A DNA stretch of 64,000 bases from a virus (lineage: Duplodnaviria; Caudoviricetes): IMG/VR virus record IMGVR_UViG_3300020419_001132; one strand, written 5' to 3'. A program made the translations under genes and the position numbers. The notes beneath the pieces were generated by a model. The model saw nothing but the letters and a program-made list of their open reading frames with translations. It was not told where the DNA came from and did no database searches. Numbering within the stretch: position 1 is the first letter of the stretch; the number at the start of each line of letters is the position of its first letter. Below, piece by piece: positions 9,901 to 18,212 of the stretch.

Positions 9901-11807
9901 GCATCATATACATAAAAGGTTCCTGTACCAGAGTCTTGTTCAAACTTATCTGCGGGAGTTTCTATTGTCTGAAGTGAACCACCCTGACCAAAACTGGTTG
10001 CTCCTATTACGATTTTACTATCAGTTGCGTCTACCGAAGCACCAAAACGATCATATTTAGCATAACTTTCATATCCTGATGCGTATGCATTACTAGGTGT
10101 GAGAAAACTTCTTATATAGTTTCCTGATAAATCAAATTGATATACCTTTCCTGATTTTATACCTTGACTGCCACTACCCCTATAGCTAGCCGATGAAATA
10201 ATAATGTAACTGTCAGTTAAACATACACCATTGCTGAATCTAGCAGTTGCTGATCCTTCACTGAGAGCATAATCGCCACCCCATCTATTGGCTTGACTTC
10301 CACTGCCGCCTGATTCATATTTTGGTATTGTAACACTAGGAGTTTGTGTACTTGGACTTGTGTTCATACTAGAAAGTTCATATATGTAAACTTCTTGCAA
10401 ATTAGTTGGCGAAGCTATGGCAACTTTTGTTTTATTCATATCAATGCCTATGCCGAAATGATTACTACCGGTTGGTATTGTAGGTGTAAGAAAATCATAA
10501 CGTTGTCCATCTGAAAGCCTATAAACGTAAGCCGCTCCTCTATTACTAGAACCAACATCTGAATAGTGTGCTCCTATGCCTACATAGTGAGTCGAAGCAC
10601 CATCTGGAGTCATACATAGACCGGCTCCAAAGTAATTGTTGCTACCAGAATATGTAGGGTCAGTAAATGAATGTGCTAGTGATCCTGTACTTAAATCATA
10701 AACATCTACAGAGCCGTTGGAATCAAAATTACCAATTGCAATATAAGAGTCGTTCATAGCTAACTGGGTTCCCCACTCTTCGGAAGTACCAGCAGTAGAA
10801 TCGTCAAATGTGTATACTAATTGATCGTTTGATCTATTGAAAACATAACATTTATTATCACCAGCACTCCAGCTAGTAAATCTAAACACAGTAAAAGCAT
10901 AATAACTTGTGCTGACCGCCATGTCTCCCATTATCCAGTGATTTGAAGGAAATGTTGTTACAAAGTTTGAAACATTTATATCTACTTCTGCATCAAATTC
11001 TGCTTGATATTCAGTTGCATTTGATGGTTGTGTTGCAAATGTTCTTACTTTTCCACTTTCGTTAACAATCATCTTGTCAGCATATAAAATAGGAGGTCCA
11101 TTGTTAGCAAATACGCTTTGTGCAATAGTGCTGTTTAATTGAATGCTTTGACTTGTTACTAGTGCATCTGTTGTTAAACTTACAGCATGTCCATCTTTAT
11201 ACATAAATCCTGCTGAACCTAAATCATATGTGTCTGTGACATCAGGTAAAAGATTGTTGTTTATATCTGCACCTATAGAAACATTATCTTCTCCGCCACT
11301 ACCTAGTGTAATGTTTCCATCTGCTGTAATATTTCCTGTAGCAGTAATGTTTCCGTCTACGTTTGTGTTAGCAAAAAATTCAGTTGTTCCTGTGCCTGCA
11401 GGATCTAAAACGATGTTGTTATTATTATCTGTACTAATATTATTATCTCTAGCAGTTATTACAATATTATTAGAAGAATCTTTTGTACCAAATCCAGTCA
11501 TGCGTATTGCATTACCTGCGTTAAGATTTATATCACCACTTGATATTGCTATGCTTTCAGAACTTATTGTAAAGTTGCCAAATGTTGCAGAGGAACCTGC
11601 GATTAATTTAGATCCTAAACTTATTTGTGATGGAATATATAAGTCAGCTAGAGGAGTACCGTTGTAGTTTACACTTAGCTTTTTGTTAGCTGAATCAATA
11701 AAAAGAATAGGATCGTCAGTTAACACATTTTTAAAAGAAAGGCCAACGCCCTGTCTTTCTAAATTTGCATTAAGTAATGGACCCGATATTCTACCTACTT
11801 GTGACAC
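6951..11807 (-). CDS. Tail fibre/spike-like protein (1618 aa), paralog of 3002-6805, with an inserted FG-GAP/beta-propeller-like region
   Basis: Shares the N-terminus GRISGPLL..NL.R.G and the beta-helix core (SRSPYI.NITVIT.G...EASMLFHSVTFITPGV...TNG.RVEWLNCFTYFA). About aa 255-715 carry FG/WG..V...IAIG-type blades. GTG start with RBS AAGGAG. Confidence 0.8.
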   Translation of the reverse strand: MSQVGRISGPLLNANLERQGVGLSFKNVLTDDPILFIDSANKKLSVNYNGTPLADLYIPSQISLGSKLIAGSSATFGNFTISSESIAISSGDINLNAGNAIRMTGFGTKDSSNNIVITARDNNISTDNNNNIVLDPAGTGTTEFFANTNVDGNITATGNITADGNITLGSGGEDNVSIGADINNNLLPDVTDTYDLGSAGFMYKDGHAVSLTTDALVTSQSIQLNSTIAQSVFANNGPPILYADKMIVNESGKVRTFATQPSNATEYQAEFDAEVDINVSNFVTTFPSNHWIMGDMAVSTSYYAFTVFRFTSWSAGDNKCYVFNRSNDQLVYTFDDSTAGTSEEWGTQLAMNDSYIAIGNFDSNGSVDVYDLSTGSLAHSFTDPTYSGSNNYFGAGLCMTPDGASTHYVGIGAHYSDVGSSNRGAAYVYRLSDGQRYDFLTPTIPTGSNHFGIGIDMNKTKVAIASPTNLQEVYIYELSSMNTSPSTQTPSVTIPKYESGGSGSQANRWGGDYALSEGSATARFSNGVCLTDSYIIISSASYRGSGSQGIKSGKVYQFDLSGNYIRSFLTPSNAYASGYESYAKYDRFGASVDATDSKIVIGATSFGQGGSLQTIETPADKFEQDSGTGTFYVYDASTGDLLSRSPAAWYQSGLQTYAGTGTSSTRISSYFFSENFGARVRIDGNHIFAMSEGGRTNQTTKPGGYMMFYDTSPPGNTIQNIGLDVGNTFYVAQHNGNDTNSGTTPYGPFKTIKRALDAADASTAGPVTIRVFAGGYEEVTPLVVPSNVTITGEDMRNTTVRPESAYQSNDVFHLTGETTVQNLTVKDFYYDSSGDTGYAFRFAPNSTITTRSPYIQNITVITQGTTTSASDPRGFASGDAGRGALVDGAAVLNTSEEASMLFHSVTFITPGVDALTCTNGVRVEWLNCFTYFANIGIHCKNGSTGHLSSDGSTTKYGAELRSIASACVYGNTGIKGDGADVLIYAINHNLAYIGAGKFVDNDPSRAIQSQEVVKANSAKVFFSSQDHSGNFRVGDVFHVNQEDGTTSLNLSSAEFANLNSLILTTGGNSTELYPDRIEVGDFRLKGQTLETVNLDLNLNSYSNMNMIKFLDNVNMTQNFVLDQGISIGGGFAYIGEQIGNTLVLGANIGSDLNPSVSGTHDLGTNALKWKEGYFSQINVADINMVDTKISTVVSNADLELVANGSGKVIVPGNTLEVKEMSTPPTGTMTFNNFSTQGITTTGDIIVNQNYIFNDLTATTMSINGPISFDSITFDMNNIRTTDSNADLELRASGTGNILFSNNTNFNNNATVNGTLKIGASNFTRVTADFTTGDLQLYQNVIETSNSNSNLELRPYPGKSVIAQKLKFDGTNLTNAPLYPTENITFSAPHVDVSSANKSIRIPRGTTAERGTATAGQFRYNTTDSIFEAYSTGWEGFNGLYSDNRTTKLLVHPTSDQIDITINSVSSGTIDATKFSHNGLQTDGETLVNGNTITTVVSNSDLELKPNGNGNIFVGTVMKFEDNKFINTASDGNISFASTGEGYSQFGGSTGIVIPVGTTAQRPENLGNPSTQGQLRFNTTLSRMEVYTGSVWENSAGFIETVPLNDAEDINFEQTLIFG

Positions 11808-11828
11808 GTAATTGTCTCCTTGTCACAG

Positions 11829-11835
11829 TATTTAT
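11829..11835 (-). promoter_or_regulatory. Late promoter (ATAAATA)
   Basis: Just past the upstream stop codon and 22 nt before the GTG start. Confidence 0.6.
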
Positions 11836-11839
11836 TTTA

Positions 11840-12640
11840 TTATTTGTCGAAGTTATGTAGGACAGTTATAGGTTTATCTAATGGTGGTGCAGATGTAAAA
11901 CTTAAATAATAACCATCTAGATATGGGCCTGTGGAAGTACCAGATTTAAAAATCTTTCCACTACTAGCAATGTAGTTTGCTGTATTACCACCAGCTGTAT
12001 CAACAGCAATTTCTATTCTATTTGCGGCTGGTATGCTTGTAATTGTATGGCTTCCAGGAGAACTTGAATCATCAGTGTTTAAGTTTTCAACAGCATCGTC
12101 TATTGTGCTCTCTACTCCTGTAACATATATTAAATTAGCAGTGGTAAATCCGTGAGCTGTAGCTGTTTCAATTACTGTACTTGTTCCTACACTGACAATA
12201 CTTGTAATTGTATTTTGTGCGCCTGGATTTTGAACCAAAGAATAGTTTGTACTTGAAATTTGAAAAACGTTCTCTACAAATACTAAAACATTTTGTGCCG
12301 CCGCCGGTGTAGGATAATCGCTGTCACCACTTGCTAATGGTCCAAATATAGTTTCATTAGCATCTCCACTACCGAGATTTTGTTGTATTATTCCCACAGT
12401 ATTTGGTTCTTTGTATCTTACTTTTCTCCAAGCACCATTTTGATAACCTTCAATTTCGTTTGTATCGGTATTATAACGCAGATGTCCGTTTGCAGGACTA
12501 GTGGGTCTTTGTGCAGTTGTTCCTTTTGGAACAAGAATTGCATCAGTACTGTCTAAAATCACTTGACCGTTTATGTCATACCTAATACCTTTAGCTTTAA
12601 TGCTACGAAGATTAGTTGTTTGTGCTTTTATAAGTCTCAT
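11840..12640 (-). CDS. Virion/fibre-associated protein (266 aa); start moved from 12670 to ATG 12640
   Basis: ATG at 12640 abuts the upstream stop at 12642. Contains the VPKGTTAQRP...GHLRYNT motif also seen in the large fibres. Confidence 0.7.
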   Translation of the reverse strand: MRLIKAQTTNLRSIKAKGIRYDINGQVILDSTDAILVPKGTTAQRPTSPANGHLRYNTDTNEIEGYQNGAWRKVRYKEPNTVGIIQQNLGSGDANETIFGPLASGDSDYPTPAAAQNVLVFVENVFQISSTNYSLVQNPGAQNTITSIVSVGTSTVIETATAHGFTTANLIYVTGVESTIDDAVENLNTDDSSSPGSHTITSIPAANRIEIAVDTAGGNTANYIASSGKIFKSGTSTGPYLDGYYLSFTSAPPLDKPITVLHNFDK

Positions 12641-12641
12641 A

Positions 12642-12974
12642 TTATACTTCCAAGTAACTAACCATTGCACTTAAATTAGTATTACCGCTTCCTACGTCTG
12701 GAGATGCAACAAAAGATATCTTGTCACCTGTAGATAGTACTATTTTTTCGCTATCAAATGTAAATGTTTCTGTTGCATCAACAGAAAGTCCATTTATAAC
12801 CCGTGTAACATTGTTACTAAGTGCAGAGCCGCTTGGAATGAAATGCATATCAAATGTCGCCGCCGCACTTCCATTATTGCATACTAAAATATTAGTAATT
12901 GCATATGTTTTGTTTGACGGAACTGTGATTGCATCAAGTTGTGTAGTTGTTAATCTATTTGTTACTATTGCCAT
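12642..12974 (-). CDS. Small beta-rich virion protein (110 aa)
   Basis: ORF with RBS; paralog-like to 2669-2998. Confidence 0.7.
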   Translation of the reverse strand: MAIVTNRLTTTQLDAITVPSNKTYAITNILVCNNGSAAATFDMHFIPSGSALSNNVTRVINGLSVDATETFTFDSEKIVLSTGDKISFVASPDVGSGNTNLSAMVSYLEV

Positions 12975-12985
12975 TTCATTTCCTT

Positions 12986-14026
12986 TTAAAAGATCATACT
13001 ATAAACCAAAGCACGATTGTGGCTTATAATCTCATCTGATGTACTGCTTTTATTTACAAAAAATAATCCTGTATTACCGGATCCTTGAGTTTTACTGTAT
13101 AATTTTATTCCTTCAGTAGGTGCACCTGGGTCAACACTTGCATCATCTACGCCCGGAGTTTCCATTAAGTTTAATATATCGTTTACCACAACAGATCCTG
13201 TGCCTGCCGCTTCAAGTTCTAAGTCTGCATTACTATCTAATACGGAAATTTTATTTCCTGATAACCTAATTGATGCAAATTCTAATCTGTTGTCATATAC
13301 TGCAAATCTTTCAGTACCGTCAATGTTTACAAGCATCTTACTTGGAGCACCTGTTACACTAAAATCTTGTACTTCAACCTTTGTATCACCTTCAGCTATA
13401 TTATCTGCCACACCCAATGTTGTTAGTGCATACGAAACATAATCAACTAGTGCTTTCGTATTAGGTATGTTGTCATCGTCTTGAACAACACCGCCACCGC
13501 CATCTACAATATTTGACCCTGTGTATGTAAAAATACCTTCTTCATAGTTTGTAGTGTTTGTAACACTTATCACATCCGAACCTGTATCTACATAAAGTTT
13601 TCCTGCAGATTTAATACCGTTAGTGTGTAAAGGCAAAATCTGTGCCGCTGAATTAATAAGTTTAAATGTACCAGTACTACTTGTAGCACCTAAACTCCAT
13701 GCAATAGTTTCATCAAACAATATTTTTGCATTGTCTAATGTGCCTCTTTCTATTTCAATACCAGCTTCTCTATTATTAGCAATACTGATACCAGCACCAG
13801 TTTCTCCACTATTGAGTAAAATAACATTGTCAGCGATTACAGTATTATTTGATTCGACTGTAGTTGTAGTACCTTCTACTTCTAAACTTCCTCTTACAAT
13901 TACTGTACCAGCAGGTTTTGAAGGAGATCCTGATGTAGTTCCCCTTGCAGTATCAAGAATAATATTTTGACCCGCTTCTACTTTTACTGAGTAATTTCCG
14001 TTTTCAACTTTTAGTACTTTTGACAT
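12986..14026 (-). CDS. Fibre-like virion structural protein (346 aa)
   Basis: Contains V.G.L.V.GTTTTV.S and GIEIERG fibre-type motifs; AAGGA RBS. Confidence 0.7.
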   Translation of the reverse strand: MSKVLKVENGNYSVKVEAGQNIILDTARGTTSGSPSKPAGTVIVRGSLEVEGTTTTVESNNTVIADNVILLNSGETGAGISIANNREAGIEIERGTLDNAKILFDETIAWSLGATSSTGTFKLINSAAQILPLHTNGIKSAGKLYVDTGSDVISVTNTTNYEEGIFTYTGSNIVDGGGGVVQDDDNIPNTKALVDYVSYALTTLGVADNIAEGDTKVEVQDFSVTGAPSKMLVNIDGTERFAVYDNRLEFASIRLSGNKISVLDSNADLELEAAGTGSVVVNDILNLMETPGVDDASVDPGAPTEGIKLYSKTQGSGNTGLFFVNKSSTSDEIISHNRALVYSMIF

Positions 14027-14037
14027 TTATAATCCTT

Positions 14038-14063
14038 AAAATGTAGGGGCTTTCACCCCTACA
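14038..14063 (-). terminator. Hairpin with short U-tract (weak terminator or processing site)
   Basis: TGTAGGGG-TGAAAG-CCCCTACA followed by TTTT on the minus strand. Confidence 0.55.
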
Positions 14064-14073
14064 CTATTAAAAC

Positions 14074-14505
14074 CTATTGTTTAGGTATGTTAACACTTAA
14101 TGTATTATTAACTGTTGAACCTTCCCTAGCACTAGCATCAATACCTATGCCGTAGATAGCAGTTTGTTCAGTACCGCCACCTTCTAGCTGTACAGTTCTA
14201 TTTCTAAGTTTTGTAACTTGGTAAACTGTTGAATCAGAACCTGTTGCATCAATTTTAAACTCTCCTGCAACTAATGCACCGTTAGCTTTGTTAACAAGTG
14301 TCATAAGTTCGTCGTCTGCATGTGTAGCAGGTGTAAACACGCCAGTTGCATTAGAATCTAATCTAATAACAAATTTATTATTACCAGCTTGTCTGTGAAT
14401 ATGTGCCGCTGATGTAGCTTCAGAACCACCTGTAAAAAAGTGTCTACTTACTTTAATACGTCCGGTACCAAAACCAATTTTGTCTTTGTTTATTGGTCTT
14501 CCCAT
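14074..14505 (-). CDS. Hypothetical late protein (143 aa), possibly head-associated
   Basis: Strong RBS (AAGGAG), late promoter upstream, close to gp23. Confidence 0.7.
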   Translation of the reverse strand: MGRPINKDKIGFGTGRIKVSRHFFTGGSEATSAAHIHRQAGNNKFVIRLDSNATGVFTPATHADDELMTLVNKANGALVAGEFKIDATGSDSTVYQVTKLRNRTVQLEGGGTEQTAIYGIGIDASAREGSTVNNTLSVNIPKQ

Positions 14506-14590
14506 TGTTTTCTCCTTATCTTGACGTTCTAGGTCTACGCGGCGGGTAACCGCATAACCCCTCCATTATAGAGGTTCTCCTTTAACAATT
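14506..14590 (-). promoter_or_regulatory. Structured 5' leader containing a 16-codon uORF (14516-14566)
   Basis: Stems CCUCU-AUAAU-GGAGG and AUGCGG/CCGCGU. The uORF MEGLCGYPPRRPRTSR has its own AAGGAG and its stop overlaps the main RBS. Confidence 0.45.
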
Positions 14591-14591
14591 A

Positions 14592-14599
14592 TATTTATC
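14592..14599 (-). promoter_or_regulatory. Late promoter (GATAAATA)
   Basis: Consensus match in an intergenic region. Confidence 0.6.
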
Positions 14600-14604
14600 A
14601 AATA

Positions 14605-14830
14605 AGGGAAAGTGTAAGATGCATTGGGAGGACTCGGTTATACCTCCAACCCCTCGACCGAGATGCCATTCTCAAATCCAGGGAGCCTAGTTCCGCTCGG
14701 GAGAGCGATGTGACTCAGCGTATTTCTACTACCAAACCTGGGTACCACCCCTAACTAGCCAAGTTCGACGCTCTGGTAAACGCCTCTTCCTTGCACAATG
14801 CTATTAATAAACCGTCGTCTACTAACAATA
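14605..14830 (-). ncRNA. Putative ~200-nt structured non-coding RNA of unassigned family
   Basis: GC-rich segment with no credible ORF directly downstream of a sigma70 promoter. Terminal helix GCAUUG/CAAUGC and internal helices CUAGUU/AACUAG, CUCGGU/ACCGAG and CGCUC/GAGCG. Confidence 0.65.
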
Positions 14831-14835
14831 TATAT

Positions 14836-14864
14836 ACTATAGCAAATACAATACTATTTGTCAA
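14836..14864 (-). promoter_or_regulatory. Host sigma70-type promoter TTGACA-N17-TATAGT with extended -10 (TGn)
   Basis: -35 at 14859-14864, -10 at 14836-14841, 17-nt spacer, TG at the extended position. Confidence 0.85.
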
Positions 14865-14871
14865 CCTTTTT

Positions 14872-15114
14872 TTACGGTAAAATGTAAATTATTTTATCAA
14901 CTTGTCCAAAAATATCATATTTGTCAGCAAACCATGTCATATATGCTATATCTCCAATTATATATGCTAGTCCTATAAAGAATAAAGTTTCTACACCTAT
15001 TCTTATATAATCCTTACGTGTATATATGTGTTGATAATCTTCTTCATCCAATATTGCATATGCTACAGGTTTGCCCATATGTAATCTTACTATACCTTTT
15101 TTCTTAAATGCCAT
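14872..15114 (-). CDS. Small putative membrane protein (80 aa)
   Basis: One hydrophobic segment (IGVETLFFIGLAYIIGDIAYMTWF). Confidence 0.55.
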   Translation of the reverse strand: MAFKKKGIVRLHMGKPVAYAILDEEDYQHIYTRKDYIRIGVETLFFIGLAYIIGDIAYMTWFADKYDIFGQVDKIIYILP

Positions 15115-15221
15115 TTTATTTTTTTGATTTAATACGCACTAACCAAATTGTGCTGTGCTCTGTCTTTTTTTCATAAATTGTTTCTAGTACAAAGTCTTTC
15201 TTTTTCATTTGAAATTTAGTC

Positions 15222-15250
15222 AAAAAAATAGGCCCCGTAGGGCCTATTTT
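15222..15250 (-). terminator. Rho-independent terminator after the major capsid gene
   Basis: TAGGCCC-TACG-GGGCCTA (UNCG loop) followed by a run of T. Confidence 0.9.
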
Positions 15251-15268
15251 AATTTATGCTAAAAGATA

Positions 15269-16450
15269 TTAGCTGAAGCTTACGTTAGCATTAGTAATAT
15301 CTACTAATCCTAAGTAATCTGCCGCGTTACCAAGCGATGAAGCTGTGTTAGATAGCTCAACATATCCGTATCTAGTCATAAATGATACGACTGGCTCGAA
15401 TGATGATGGATCTAATACAACGCCACTTGACATCAATGGAATGTATGGGCAGTAAAAAGCGGCCGCATCTGATTCACTTGAACCTTTGTAACCAACTAAT
15501 ACGCCTGTACCGTCGCCTGCATATGAGTCAACATACACTCTCATTGCGTTGTTTAATGTACCAACGAATTTAGTGTTTGTTGGAGCTTCAAATGCACCTT
15601 CAGTTGTTCTTGCGAACGCTGAAGTTGTAGCACTTTGTAAGATTGTTAACGCAAATGGGCTAACAACTGCAAAGTTTCCTGCTCCTCTACGTGTACGCTG
15701 AGCAATCAAGTTTGATACTCTGTTAATTTGAACAGCGAGTGCCGCATGTTCGTCACCAACAAAAGTAGCAGTACCTGAAACTGCCGCTTGATCATAAGTT
15801 TCAGCGGCTGTACCTGCTAGTGTACGTAGGCTTGTTAGAACCTCTTGGTCAATTTCAGCAGTAATTTCTTGTGCTAAAGCCGCCATAATTTCAGCTTCAA
15901 CATCAATACCGTGCTGTGATTGTGCATCCTGAGCAGATTCAAAAGTCCATCTAGCTGATAGCTTTCTGGTTTTTGCTTCTACAGTTTGCTTGAGGATCTG
16001 AATTGACAGTCTGTTACCAGCCGCCCCTTCAAGTGCCGCAGTAGTATTCGCTTTACCTGCAGTACCGTCTCCAGAATAGGCTTGACCAATTCTGAATGGT
16101 GATAACGCTTCATCACCAGCTGTAACATCGTTAGCTGATCCTGTAGCGTTTTGAGTGTCCGCATAGCGTACTCTCAATGTGTGGATCTGACCCACTGGTC
16201 CAGTCATAGGCTGAACACCAACAATTTCATTTGCAATCACTGTTGGCATTACACGTCTGATAACTGGAAGAATAACTCTATTAAGAGTTGCAACATTACC
16301 GGCAGAAGTCGCACCAGCTGTGGCCGCCTCTTGCAAATACTGCTTAGTATTTTCAAGTGTGGTTGCCATTACGCTTTTCTTTGTGCCTTGTAGGCCTTCA
16401 AGAAGTGCTGTTTTGGTATCCTGCCAGCGACTTTCTAATAGTTCTGACAT
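15269..16450 (-). CDS. gp23: Major capsid protein (T4 gp23-like)
   Basis: Hallmark motifs GVQPMTGPVGQIHTLR, TVEAKTRKLSARWT.E.AQD, EITAEID.E, FYCPYIPL and F.P...FMTRYG. Confidence 0.97.
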   Translation of the reverse strand: MSELLESRWQDTKTALLEGLQGTKKSVMATTLENTKQYLQEAATAGATSAGNVATLNRVILPVIRRVMPTVIANEIVGVQPMTGPVGQIHTLRVRYADTQNATGSANDVTAGDEALSPFRIGQAYSGDGTAGKANTTAALEGAAGNRLSIQILKQTVEAKTRKLSARWTFESAQDAQSQHGIDVEAEIMAALAQEITAEIDQEVLTSLRTLAGTAAETYDQAAVSGTATFVGDEHAALAVQINRVSNLIAQRTRRGAGNFAVVSPFALTILQSATTSAFARTTEGAFEAPTNTKFVGTLNNAMRVYVDSYAGDGTGVLVGYKGSSESDAAAFYCPYIPLMSSGVVLDPSSFEPVVSFMTRYGYVELSNTASSLGNAADYLGLVDITNANVSFS

Positions 16451-16461
16451 TTGGTATCTCC

Positions 16462-17559
16462 TTATTTTAATCCTGCAAGTCGTTGAATGTCAATAACATT
16501 CCCGCCTGCAACGTGATTTGTGTCACTATCTTGGTTTTCTTCTCTATTGCCTGTTACTTCTTTGCCTTCTGTCATAATTGCCTTCTTTTCTGGAGTTTTA
16601 CCGTCTATAACTGCCGGTAGGTACTTATCAAACGCCGATTTTAACCTCTTGGTTTGAACACTTTCCAGTAAATCGATCATAATCTCTTTTTGATCTTTGC
16701 TCAGTGGACTAATCAACTCAGCAACCGTATCTTTTCTCATAGCAGAATCTGCCATTTTGGCAATTTCAGCATCTTTAGATTCAGCAATTTTTGACTTTTT
16801 GCTTACTTCTACTTTTGCTTCTGCTAGTTGCTTGTCCTTCGAATCAATTAACTTTAACAATTTAGCCGTTTCTGACTTTTCGTTAAGATAACTGTTGCCG
16901 TATTCAGCGGCAAATGCTTCAAACAGTCTACGACCAAAATCATTCTTTCTTGCGGCTTCAATATCTTCTTTCAGCTGATGAATCTCTTTGTTAAGAACTT
17001 TATCAACTATTCCAGATACTTTGTCCGCACTCTTTTCAATGAACTTAGTTTTTAACTTATTGAAATGAACTTTAGCTTCACGTACAAGTTTTACCTTGGT
17101 TTCAGCTAGGTCTTTTTTGTCTGTTTGGAACTCTGCAATCTCTTTTGCAAGTGAGTCAACTACAAAATCTTCAAGCATTTTAAATTTGTTAGCCATGCCT
17201 TTTTGATCTTCATGAAGTTCATTTACTTCTACTTTAAGTTGATTCATAACAAAACCTTTTAGTAGATCTGCATTTTCACGCATCGCTACACCGTATTTGG
17301 CTTTTGCAGTTGAAAGTTGATTACGATCTTCAGCTAATTCTTTCATCTCAGCTTCTAATCTATCTGTAACCATCTTATCTACAGCTTCAGCCATAACATT
17401 TTTGTCATGCTCGTACTTTTTAGCAAATTCTTCACGAAGTTCGCTGGTAACTTCAAGTCGATTTTCATTAATCTTCTTGTTCCATGCTTCTTCGATTTCC
17501 TGACGCACTTCTGCGGAAACTACATCATTTTCAAACAAAGTTTTTAGTGCATCCAACAT
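16462..17559 (-). CDS. gp22: Prohead core scaffolding protein (gp22-like, coiled-coil)
   Basis: E/K-rich helical protein between gp21 and gp23 (T4 synteny). Confidence 0.75.
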   Translation of the reverse strand: MLDALKTLFENDVVSAEVRQEIEEAWNKKINENRLEVTSELREEFAKKYEHDKNVMAEAVDKMVTDRLEAEMKELAEDRNQLSTAKAKYGVAMRENADLLKGFVMNQLKVEVNELHEDQKGMANKFKMLEDFVVDSLAKEIAEFQTDKKDLAETKVKLVREAKVHFNKLKTKFIEKSADKVSGIVDKVLNKEIHQLKEDIEAARKNDFGRRLFEAFAAEYGNSYLNEKSETAKLLKLIDSKDKQLAEAKVEVSKKSKIAESKDAEIAKMADSAMRKDTVAELISPLSKDQKEIMIDLLESVQTKRLKSAFDKYLPAVIDGKTPEKKAIMTEGKEVTGNREENQDSDTNHVAGGNVIDIQRLAGLK

Positions 17560-17573
17560 TGTATTTTCTCCTT

Positions 17574-18197
17574 TTATTGGAGTCGGTTGATTATATTAAC
17601 CAACGATTCTCTTAAATATTTTTGTGCCTTTGGGTCGTCTTTTGTAGCCTGTGCTAACTCGTATGCCTTGTAGCCTCCACGTGCATTCATTAAATGCTCA
17701 TAAATTGGTGTAGGATATGCTCCTGGAGCACTTGGTTGTGCTACCACATCCACCGTAATAATTTCAAAATCCGATACTTCACCGGATCCGTCTTCTTTTA
17801 CGTTACCAGAGCCCCTAGAGGAGACACCAAGTTTAACTCCGCTTTCCAGCATTGTTTTAACTAGGCTTCCCATAGGGGTTGGTAAAATTTTCATTTTTCC
17901 GTAACCGTTTGGACCATCCATCCACATTTCGGATATCATATGGCTCACACGATCCAGATTAACAGTTAGTCCTTCTGGATGATCAACTTCTCCGAGTACA
18001 CTATATCCGCCGGCTATCTGATCGCTGAGAGTTTTGACAGCCCTGCCAATTTCATTTACAGGATAAACACGCTGATTTGCGTTTTTAACACCTCCCTGAA
18101 TACAAATACCTTTCATAAACAGGTCTTTTCCTTCATTGGCATTCTCCACGACAATGTTTGCCTGGTCGAATGAAAGATGTTCTCTTAATAAGTTCAT
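17574..18197 (-). CDS. gp21: Prohead protease (gp21-like)
   Basis: GI.IQ..VKNANQRVYP, LGEVDHP, NLDRVSH, LGVSSRGSG, DVVAQPSAPGAY. Confidence 0.95.
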   Translation of the reverse strand: MNLLREHLSFDQANIVVENANEGKDLFMKGICIQGGVKNANQRVYPVNEIGRAVKTLSDQIAGGYSVLGEVDHPEGLTVNLDRVSHMISEMWMDGPNGYGKMKILPTPMGSLVKTMLESGVKLGVSSRGSGNVKEDGSGEVSDFEIITVDVVAQPSAPGAYPTPIYEHLMNARGGYKAYELAQATKDDPKAQKYLRESLVNIINRLQ

Positions 18198-18212
18198 CTA
18201 CCTAAGTCCTAA

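Noticed and set aside
3624-13970. Numerous 60-145 aa opposite-strand ORFs inside the fibre genes; likewise those inside 42046-63949
   Set aside because: Antisense shadows of Thr/Asn/Gly-rich codons with no RBS or promoter.
15130-15144. TAATACGCACTAACC, similar to the CGTACTTAA element
   Set aside because: Degenerate and has no TAAATA at the expected distance.
15128-15208. 26-codon ORF MKKKDFVLETIYEKKDRAQHNLVSAY after the gp23 terminator
   Set aside because: No clear RBS and too short to support.
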